NCBI GenBank assembly: GCA_964016885.1
Contig: OZ024740.1
Span: forward strand, 137,764,001-137,828,000
Direction: 5' to 3'
DNA: 64,000 nt
DNA from: Eledone cirrhosa
Lineage: Eukaryota
The translations under genes and the position numbers were made by a program. This document shows, piece by piece, positions 1-11,200 of the stretch (position 1 is the first letter of the stretch; the number at the start of each line of letters is the position of its first letter). The notes under the pieces were generated by a model. The model had not been told where the DNA came from and searched no databases. It saw only the letters and a program-made list of their open reading frames with translations.

Positions 1-3000
1 TCTCTCAATCTCCAATTCTTTCTTTCTCTTATCACTTTTCTCTCAATCTCCAATTCTCTCTTTTTCTTATCACTTTTCCCCCCAATCTCCAATTCTCTCT
101 TTCTCTTATCACTTTTCTCTCACTCTCCAATTCTCTCTTTCTCTTATGACTTTTCCCCCAATCTCCAATTCTCTCTTTCTCTTATCCCTTTTCTCTCAAT
201 CTCCAATTCTCTCTTTCTTTTCTCACTTTTCCCCCAATCTCCAATTCTCACTTTCTCTTCACACTTTTCCCCCAATCTCCAATTCTCTCTTTCTCTTATC
301 ACCTTTCCCCCAATCTCCAATTCTCTCTTTCTCTTATCCCTTTCCTCTCAATCTCCAATTCTCTCTTTCTTTTCTCACTTTTCCCCCAATCTCCAATTCT
401 GTATTTCTCTACACACAAATCCCCTAATCTCCAATTCTCTCTTTCACTTATCAATTTTCTCTCAATCTCCAATTCTCTCTTTCTCTTATCACTTTTCTCC
501 CAATCTCCAATTCTCTCAATCTCTTATCACTTTTCTCTCAATCTCCAATTCCCTCTTTCTCTTATCACTTTTCTCTCAATCTCTAATTCTCTCTTTCTCT
601 TATCACTTTTCTCTCAATCTCCAATTCTCTCTTTCTCTTATCACTTTTCTCTCAATCTCCAATCCTCTCTTTCTGTTCTCAGTTTACTCCCAATCTCCAA
701 TTCTCTCTTTCTCTTATCACTTTACTCTCAATCTCCAATTCTCTCTTTCTCTTATCACTTTTCCCCCAATCTCCAATTCTCTCTTTCTATTATCACTTTT
801 CTCTCAATCTCCAATTCTCTCTTTCTCTTATCACCTTTCCCCCAATCTCCAATTCTCTCTTTCTCTTATCACTTTTCTCTCAATCTCCAATTCTCTCTTT
901 CTCTTATCACTTTTATCTCAATCTCCAATTCTCTCTTTCTCTTATCACTTTTCTCTCAATCTCCAATTCTCTCTTTCTCTTCTCACTTTTACCCCAATCT
1001 CCAATTCTCTCTTTCTCTTATCACTTTTCCTCCAATCTCCAATTCTCTCTTTCTCTTATCAATTTTCTCTCAATCTCCAATTCTTTCTTTATCTAATCAC
1101 TTTTCCCCCAATCTCCAATTCTCTCTTTCTCTTATCACTTTTCTCTCAATCTCCAATTCTCTCTTTCTCTTATCAATTTTCCCTCAATCTCCAATTCCCT
1201 CTTTCTCTTATCACTTTTCTTTTTCTCTCACTCTCCAATTCTCTCTTTCTCTTATGTCTTTTCCCCCAATCTCCAATTCTCTCTTTCTCTTATCCCTTTT
1301 CTCTCAATCTCCAATTCTCTCTTTCTTTTCTCACTTTTCCCCCAATCTCCAATTCTCTCTTTCTCTTCACACTTTTCCCCCAATCTCCAATTCTCTCTTT
1401 CTCTTATCACCTTTCCCCCAATCTCCAATTCTCTCTTCCTCTTATCCCTTTTCTCTCAATCTCCAATTCTCTCTTTCTTTTCTCACTTTTCCCCCAAATT
1501 TCCAATTCTGTATTTCTCTACACACAAATCCCCTAATCTCCAATTCTCTCTTTCACTTATCAATTTTCTCTCAATCTCCAATTCTCTCTTTCTCTTATCA
1601 CTTTTCTCTCAATCTCCAATTCTCTCTTTCTCTTATCACTTTTCCCCCCAATCTCCAATTCTCTCTTTCTCTTATCACTTTTCTCTCACTCTCCAATTCT
1701 CTCTTTCTCTTATGACTTTTCCCCCAATCTCCAATTCTCTCTTTCTCTTATCCCTTTTCTCTCAATCTCCAATTCTCTCTTTCTTTTCTCACTTTTCCCC
1801 CAATCTCCAATTCTCTCTTTCTCTTCACACTTTTCCCCCAATCTCCAATTCTCTCTTTCTCTTCACACTTTTCCCCCAATCTCCAATTCTCTCTTTCTCT
1901 TATCACTTTTCTCTCAATCTCCAATTCTCCTTTTCACTTATCACTTTTTTCTCAATCTCCAATTCTCTCTTTCTCTTATCACTTTTCTCTCAATCTCCAA
2001 TTCTCTCTTTCTCTTATCACTTTTCCCCCAATCTCCAATTCTCTCTTTCTGTTATCAATTTTCTCTCAATCTCCAATTCTTTCTTTCTCTTATCTCTTTT
2101 CTCTCAATCTCCAATTCACTCTTTCTCTTATCACTTTTCCCCCATCTCCAATTCTCTCTTTCTCTTATCACTTTTCTCTCACTCTCCAATTCTCTCTTTC
2201 TCTTATGACTTTTCCCCCCATCTCCAATTCTCTCTTTCTCTTATCCCTTTTCTCTCAATCTCCAATTCTCTCTTTCTTTTCTCACTTTTCCCCCAATCTC
2301 CAATTCTCTCTTTCTCTTCACACTTTTCCCCCAATCTCCAATTCTCTCTTTCTCTTATCACCTTTCCCCCAATCTCCAATTCTCTCTTTCTCTTATCCCT
2401 TTCCTCTCAATCTCCAATTCTCTCTTTCTTTTCTCACTTTTCCCCCAATCTCCAATTCTGTATTTCTCTACACACAAATCCCCTAATCTCCAATTCTCTC
2501 TTTCACTTATCAATTTTCTCTCAATCTCCAATTCTCTCTTTCTCTTATCACTTTTCTCCCAATCTCCAATTCTCTCAATCTCTTATCACTTTTCTCTCAA
2601 TCTCTAATTTTTTCTTTCTCTTATCACTTTTCTCTCAATCTCCAATTCTCTCTTTCTCTTATCACTTTTCTCTCAATCTCCAATTCTCTCTTTCTCTTAT
2701 CACTTTTCCCCCAATCTCCAATTCTCTCTTTCTATTATCACTTTTCTCTCAATCTCCAATTCTCTCTTTCTCTTATCACCTTTCCCCCAATCTGCAATTC
2801 TCTCTTTCTCTTATCACTTTTCTCTCAATCTCCAATTCTCTCTTTCTCTTATGACTTTTCCCCCAATCTCCAATTCTCTCTTTCTGTTATCAATTTTCTC
2901 TCAATCTCCAATTCTTTCTTTCTCTTATCACTTTTCTCTCAATCTCCAATTCTCTCTTTTTCTTATCACTTTTCCCCCCAATCTCCAATTCTCTCTTTCT

Positions 3001-6000
3001 CTTATCACTTTTCTCTCACTCTCCAATTCTCTCTTTCTCTTATGACTTTTCCCCCAATCTCCAATTCTCTCTTTCTCTTATCCCTTTTCTCTCAATCTCC
3101 AATTCTCTCTTTCTTTTCTCACTTTTCCCCCAATCTCCAATTCTCTCTTTCTCTTCACACTTTTCCCCCAATCTCCAATTCTCTCTTTCTCTTATCACCT
3201 TTCCCCCAATCTCCAATTCTCTCTTTCTCTTATCCCTTTCCTCTCAATCTCCAATTCTCTCTTTCTTTTCTCACTTTTCCCCCAATCTCCAATTCTGTAT
3301 TTCTCTACACACAAATCCCCTAATCTCCAATTCTCTCTTTCACTTATCAATTTTCTCTCAATCTCCAATTCTCTCTTTCTCTTATCACTTTTCTCCCAAT
3401 CTCCAATTCTCTCAATCTCTTATCACTTTTCTCTCAATCTCCAATTCCCTCTTTCTCTTATCACTTTTCTCTCAATCTCTAATTCTCTCTTTCTCTTATC
3501 ACTTTTCTCTCAATCTCCAATTCTCTCTTTCTCTTATCACTTTTCTCTCAATCTCCAATCCTCTCTTTCTGTTCTCAGTTTACTCCCAATCTCCAATTCT
3601 CTCTTTCTCTTATCACTTTACTCTCAATCTCCAATTCTCTCTTTCTCTTATCACTTTTCCCCCAATCTCCAATTCTCTCTTTTTATTATCACTTTTCTCT
3701 CAATCTCCAATTCTCGCTTTCTCTTATCACCTTTCCCCCAATCTCCAATTCTCTCTTTCTCTTATCACTTTTCTCTCAATCTCCAATTCTCTCTTTCTCT
3801 TATGACTTTTCCCCCAATCTCCAATTCTCTCTTTCTGTTATCAATTTTCTCTCAATTTCCAATTCTTTCTTTCTCTTATCACTTTTCTCTCAATCTCCAA
3901 TTCTCTCTTTCTCTTATCACTTTTCCCCCATCTCCAATTCTCTCTTTCTCTTATCACTTTTCTCTCAATCTCCAATTCTCTCTTTCTCTTATCACTTTTC
4001 CCCCATCTCCAATTCTCTCTTTCTCTTATCACTTTTCTCTCAATCTCCAATTCTCTCTTTCTCTTCTCACTTTTACCCCAATCTCCAATTCTCTCTTTCT
4101 CTTATCACTTTTCCTCCAATCTCCAATTCTCTCTATCTCTTATCAATTTTCTCTCAATCTCCAATTCTTTCTTTATCTAATCACTTTTCCCCCAATCTCC
4201 AATTCTCTCTTTCTCTTATCACTTTTCTCTCAATCTCCAATTCTTTCTTTCTCTTATCAATTTTCCCTCAATCTCCAATTCCCTCTTTCTCTTATCACTT
4301 TTCTTTTTCTCTCACTCTCCAATTCTCTCTTTCTCTTATGTCTTTTCCCCCAATCTCCAATTCTCTCTTTCTCTTATCCCTTTTCTCTCAATCTCCAATT
4401 CTCTCTTTCTTTTCTCACTTTTCCCCCAATCTCCAATTCTCTCTTTCTCTTCACACTTTTCCCCCAATCTCCAATTCTCTCTTTCTCTTATCACCTTTCC
4501 CCCAATCTCCAATTCTCTCTTCCTCTTATCCCTTTTCTCTCAATCTCCAATTCTCTCTTTCTTTTCTCACTTTTCCCCCAATCTCCAATTCTGTATTTCT
4601 CTACACACAAATCCCCTAATCTCCAATTCTCTCTTTCACTTATCAATTTTCTCTCAATCTCCAATTCTCTCTTTCTCTTATCACTTTTCTCTCAATCTCC
4701 AATTCTCTCTTTCTCTTATCACTTTTCCCCCCAATCTCCAATTCTCTCTTTCTCTTATCACTTTTCTCTCACTCTCCAATTCTCTCTTTCTCTTATGACT
4801 TTTCCCCCAATCTCCAATTCTCTCTTTCTCTTATCCCTTTTCTCTCAATCTCCAATTCTCTCTTTCTTTTCTCACTTTTCCCCCAATCTCCAATTCTCTC
4901 TTTCTCTTCACACTTTTCCCCCAATCTCCAATTCTCTCTTTCTCTTCACACTTTTCCCCCAATCTCCAATTCTCTCTTTCTCTTATCACTTTTCTCTCAA
5001 TCTCCAATTCTCCTTTTCACTTATCACTTTTTTCTCAATCTCCAATTCTCTCTTTCTCTTATCACTTTTCTCTCAATCTCCAATTCTCTCTTTCTCTTAT
5101 CACTTTTCCCCCAATCTCCAATTCTCTCTTTCTGTTATCAATTTTCTCTCAATCTCCAATTCTCTCTTTCTCTTATCACTTTTCTCTCAATCTCCAATTC
5201 TCTCTTTCTCTTATGACTTTTCCCCCAATCTCCAATTCTCTCTTTCTGTTATCAATTTTCTCTCAATCTCCAATTCTTTCTTTCTCTTATCACTTTTCTC
5301 TCAATCTCCAATTCTCTCTTTCTCTTATCACTTTTCCCCCATCTCCAATTCTGTCTTTCTCTTATCACTTTTCTCTCAATCTCCAATTCTCTCTTTCTCT
5401 TATCACTTTTCCTCCAATCTCCAATTCTTTCTTTCTCTAATCACTTTTCCCCCAATCTCCAATTCTTTCTTTCTCTTATCACTTTTCTCTCAATCTCCAA
5501 TTCTCTCTTTCTCTTATCACTTTTCCCCCATCTCCAATTCTGTCTTTCTCTTATCACTTTTCTCTCAATCTCCAATTCTCTCTTTCTCTTATCACTTTTC
5601 CCCCAATCTCCAATTCTTTCTTTCTCTAATCACTTTTCCCCCAATCTCCAATTCTCTCTTTCTCTTATCACTTTTCTCTCAATCTCCAATTCTCTCTTTC
5701 TCTTATCACTTTTCCCCCAATCTCCAATTCTCTCTTTCTCTTATCACTTTTCTCTCAATCTCCAATTCTGTCTTTCTATTCTCACATTTCCCCCAATCTC
5801 CAATTCTCTCTTTCTCTCATCACTTTTCTCTGAATCTCCAATTCTCTCTTAATCTTCTCACTTTTCTCTCAATCTCCAATCCTCTCTTTCTGTTCTCAGT
5901 TTACTCCCAATCTACAATTCTCTCTTTCCCTCATCACTTTTCTCTCAATCTCCAATTCTCTCTTTCTCTTATCACTTTTCCCCCAATCTCCAATTCTCTC

Positions 6001-8250
6001 TTTCTATTATCACTTTTCTCTCAATGTCCAATTCTCTCTTTCTCTTATCACCTTTCCCCCAATCTCCAATTCTCTCTTTCTCTTATCACTTTTCTCTCAA
6101 TCTCCAATTCTTTCCTTCTCTAATCACTTTTCCCCCAATCTCCAATTCTCTCTTTCTCTTATCACTTTTCTCTCAATCTCCAATTCTCCTTTTCACTTGT
6201 CACTTTTTTCTCAATCTCCAATTCGCTCTTTCTCTTATCACTTTTCTCTCAATCTCCAAATCTCTCTTTCTCTTATCACTTTTCCCCCAATCTCCAATTC
6301 TCTCTTTCTCTTATCACCTTTCCCCCAATCTCCAATTCTCTCTTTCTCTTATCACTTTTCTCTCAATCTCTAATTCTCTCTTCCTCTTATCACTTTTCTC
6401 TCAATCTCCAATTCTCTCTTTCTCTTATCACTTTTCCCCCCAATCTCCAATTCTCTCTTTCTCTTATCACTTTTCTCTCACTCTCCAATTCTCTCTTTCT
6501 CTTATGACTTTTCCCCCAATCTCCAATTCTCTCTTTCTCTTATCACTTTTCCCCCATCTCCAATTCTCTCTTTCTCTTATGACTTTTCCCCCAATCTCCA
6601 ATTATCTCTTTCTCTTATCACTTTAACTCACTCTCCAATTCTCTCTTTCTCTTATCAATTTTCTCTCAATCTCCAATTCTTTCTTTCTCTAATCCCTTTT
6701 CCCCCAATCTCCAATTCTCTCTTTCTCTTATCCCTTTTCTCTCAATCTCCAATTCTCTCTTTCTTTTCTCACTTTTCCCCCAATCTCCAATTCTCTCTTT
6801 CTCTTCACACTTTTCCCCCAATCTCCAATTCTCTCTTTCTCTTATCACCTTTCCCCCAATCTCCAATTCTCTCTTTCTCTTATCCCTTTTCTCTCAATCT
6901 CCAATTCTCTCTTTCTTTTCTCACTTTTCCCCCAATCTCCAATTCTGTATTTCTCTACACACAAATCCCCTAATCTCCAATTCTCTCTTTCACTTATCAA
7001 TTTTCTCTCAATCTCCAATTCTCTCTTTCTCTTATCACTTTTCTCTCAATCTCCAATTCTCTCTTTCTCTTATCACTTTTCCCCCCAATCTACAATTCTC
7101 TCTTTCTCTTATCACTTTTCTCTCACTCTCCAATTCTCTCTTTCTCTTATGACTTTTCCCCCAATCTCCAATTCTCTCTTTCTCTTATCCCTTTTCTCTC
7201 AATCTCCAATTCTCTCTTTCTTTTCTCACTTTTCCCCCAATCTCCAATTCTCTCTTTCTCTTCACACTTTTCCCCCAATCTCCAATTCTCTCTTTCTCTT
7301 CACACTTTTCCCCCAATCTCCAATTCTCTCTTTCTCTTATCACTTTTCTCTCAATCTCCAATTCTCCTTTTCACTTATCACTTTTTTCTCAATCTCCAAT
7401 TCTCTCTTTCTCTTATCACTTTTCTCTCAATCTCCAATTCTCTCTTTCTCTTATCACTTTTCCCCCAATCTCCAATTCTCTCTTTCTCTTATCACCTTTC
7501 CCCCAATCTCCAATTCTCTCTTTCTCTTATCACTTTTCTCTCAATCTCCAATTCTCTCTTTCTCTTATGACTTTTCCCCCAATCTCCAATTCTCTCTTTC
7601 TGTTATCAATTTTCTCTCAATCTCCAATTCTTTCTTTCTCTTATCACTTTTCTCTCAATCTCCAATTCTCTCTTTCTCTTATCACTTTTCCCCCATCTCC
7701 AATTCTGTCTTTCTCTTATCACTTTTCTCTCAATCTCCAATTCTCTCTTTCTCTTATCACTTTTCCCCCAATCTCCAATTCTTTCTTTCTCTAATCACTT
7801 TTCCCCCAATCTCCAATTCTCTCTTTCTCTTATCACTTTTCTCTCAATCTCCAATTCTCTCTTTCTCTTATCACTTTCCCCCCAATCTCCAAATCTCTCT
7901 TTCTCTTATCACTTTTCTCTCAATCTCCAATTCTGTCTTTCTATTCTCACATTTCCCCCAATCTCCAATTCTCTCTTTCTCTCATCACTTTTCTCTGAAT
8001 CTCCAATTCTCTCTTAATCTTCTCACTTTTCTCTCAATCTCCAATCCTCTCTTTCTGTTCTCAGTTTACTCCCAATCTACAATTCTCTCTTTCCCTCATC
8101 ACTTTTCTCTCAATCTCCAATTCTCTCTTTCTCTTATCACTTTTCCCCCAATCTCCAATTCTCTCTTTCTATTATCACTTTTCTCTCAATCTCCAATTCT
8201 CTCTTTCTCTTATCACCTTTCCCCAATCTCCAATTCTCTCTTTCTCTTAT
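1..8250. repeat. Left domain: overlapping duplicated blocks with offsets of 2896, 3084, 2354 and 837 bp
   Basis: Identical or near-identical ORF-track peptides and marker monomers recur at 146/3042 (2896), 1254/4338 (3084), 2205/3042 (837), and 4593/6947 and 5213/7567 (2354). Confidence 0.8.
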
Positions 8251-11200
8251 CACTTTTCTCTCAATCTCCAATTCTTTCCTTCTCTAATCACTTTTCCCCC
8301 AATCTCCAATTCTCTCTTTCTCTTATCACTTTTCTCTCAATCTCCAATTCTCTCTTTCTCTTATCACTTTTCCCCCAATCTCCAATTCTCTCTTTCTCTT
8401 ATCACCTTTCCCCCAATCTCCAATTCTCTCTTTCTCTTATCACTTTTCTCTCAATCTCCAATTCTCTCTTTCTCTTATGACTTTTCCCCCAATCTCCAAT
8501 TCTCTCTTTCTGTTATCAATTTTCTCTCTATCTCCAATTCTTTCTTTCTCTTATCACTTTTCTCTCAATCTCCAATTCTCTCTTTCTCTTATCACTTTTC
8601 CCCCATCTCCAATTCTCTCTTTCTCTTATCACTTTTCTCTCAATCTCCAATTCTCTCTTTCTCTTATCACGTTTCTCTCAATCTCTAATTCTCTCTTTCT
8701 CTTATCACTTTTGTATCAATCTCCAATTCTCTCTTTCTCTTATCACTTTTCCCCCCAATCTCCAATTCTCTCTTTCTCTTATCACTTTTCTCTCACTCTC
8801 CAATTCTCTCTTTCTCTTATGACTTTTCCCCCAATCTCCAATTCTCTCTTTCTCTTATCACTTTTCTCTCAATCTCCAATTCTCTCTTTCTCTTATGACT
8901 TTTCTCCCAATCTCCAATTATCTCTTTCTCTTATCACTTTAACTCACTCTCCAATTCTCTCTTTCTCTTATCAATTTTCTCTCTATCTCCAATTCTTTCT
9001 TTCTCTTATCACTTTTCTCTCAATCTCCAATTCTTTCTTTCTCTAATCCCTTTTCCCCCAATCTCCAATTCTCTCTTTCTCTTATCACTTTTCTCTCAAT
9101 CTCCAATTCTACTTTTCACTTATCACTTTTTTCTCAATCTCCAATTCTCTCTTTCTCTTATCACTTTTCTCTCAATCGCCAATTCTCTCTTTCTCTTATC
9201 ACCTTTCCCCCAATCTCCAATTCTCTCTTTCTCTTATCACTTTTCTCTCAATCTCCAATTCTCTCTTTCTCTTATGACTTTTCCCCCAATCTCCAATTCT
9301 CTCTTTCTGTTATCAATTTTCTCTCAATCTCCAATCCTTTCTTTTTCTTATCACTTTTCTCTCAATCTCCAATTCTCTCTTTCTCTTATCACTTTTCCCC
9401 CATCTCCAATTCTGTCTTTCTCTTATCACTTTTCTCTCAATCTCCAATTCTCTCTTTCTCTTATCACTTTTCTCTCAATCTCCAATTCCCTCTTTCTCTT
9501 ATCACTTTTCACTCAATCTCTAATTCTCTCTTTCTCCTATCACTTTTCTCTCAATCTCCAATTCTCTCTTTCTCTTATCACTTTTCCCCCCAATCTCCAA
9601 TTCTCTCTTTCTCTTATCACTTTTCTCTCAATCTCCAATTCTCTCTTTCTCTTCCAACTTTTCACCCAATCACCAATTCTCTCTTTCTCTTATCACTTTT
9701 CCCCCAATCTCCAATTCCCTCTTTCTCTTATCACTTTAACTCACTCTCCAATTCTCTCTTTCTCTTATCAATTTTCTCTCAATCTCCAATTCTTTCCTTC
9801 TCTAATCACTTTTCCCCCAATCTCCAATTCTCTCTTTCTCTTATCACTTTTCTCTCAATCTCCAATTCTCCTTTTCACTTATCACTTTTTTCTCAATCTC
9901 CAATTCTCTCTTTCTCTTATCACTTTTCTCTCAATCTCCAATTCTCTCTTTCTCTTATCACTTTTCCCCCAATCTCCAATTCTCTCTTTCTCTTATCACC
10001 TTTCCCCCAATCTCCAATTCTCTCTTTCTCTTATCACTTTTCTCTCAATCTCCAATTCTCTCTTTCTCTTATGACTTTTCCCCCAATCTCCAATTCTCTC
10101 TTTCTGTTATCAATTTTCTCTCAATCTCCAATTCTTTCTTTCTCTTTTCACTTTTCTCTCAATCTCCAATTCTCTCTTTCTCTTATCACTTTTCCCCCAT
10201 CTCCAATTCTGTCTTTCTCTTATCACTTTTCTCTCAATCTCCAATTCTCTCTTTCTCTTATCACTTTTCCCCCAATCTCCAATTCTCTCTTTCTCTTATC
10301 AATTTTCTCTCAATCTCCAATTCTTTCTTTCTCTAATCACTTTTCCCCCAATCTCCAATTCTCTCTTTCTCTTATCACTTTTCTCTCACTCTCCAATTCT
10401 CTCTTTCTCTTATCACTTTTCCCCCAATCTCCAATTCTCTCTTTCTCTTATCAATATTCTCTCAATCTCCAATTCTTTCCTTCTCTAATCACTTTTCCCC
10501 CAATCTCCAATTCTCTCTTTCTCTTATCACTTTTCTCTCAATCTCCAATTCTCTCTTTCTCTTATCACTTTTCCCCCAATCTCCAATTCTCTCTTTCTCT
10601 CATCACTTTTCTCTCAATCTCCAATTCTCTCTTTCTCTCCTCACATTTCTCTGAATCTCCAATTCTCTCTTAATCTTCTCACTTTTCTCTCAATCTCCAA
10701 TCCTCTCTTTCTGTTCTCAGTTTACTCCCAATCTACAATTCTCTCTTTCCCTCATCACTTTTCTCTCAATCTCCAATTCTCTCTTTCTCTTATCACTTTT
10801 CCCCCAATCTCCAATTCTCTCTTTCTATTATCACTTTTCTCTCAATCTCCAATTCTCTCTTTCTCTTATCACCTTTCCCCCAATCTCCAATTCTCTCTTT
10901 CTCTTATCACTTTTCTCTCAATCTCCAATTCTTTCCTTCTCTAATCACTTTTCCCCCAATCTCCAATTTTCTCTTTCTCTTATCACTTTTCTCTCAATCT
11001 CCAATTCTCTCTTTCTCTTATCACTTTTCTCTCAATCTCCAATTCTCTCTTTCTCTTATCACTTTTCCCCCAATCTCCAATTCTCTCTTTCTCTTATCAC
11101 TTTTCCCCCAATCTCCAATTCTCTCTTTCTATTATCACTTTTCTCTCAATCTCCAATTCTCTCTTTCTCTTATGACTTTTCCCCCCTATCTCCAATTCTC

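Noticed and set aside
1254-3323. Chains of ORFs overlapping by ATGA (1254-1715/1712-2854/2851-3045/3042-3323 and many more), resembling translationally coupled operons
   Set aside because: A single C>G variant (TTATCAC>TTATGAC) creates both the ATG and the overlapping TGA. The G-free upstream sequence cannot provide a Shine-Dalgarno site. The pattern is an automatic by-product of that variant.
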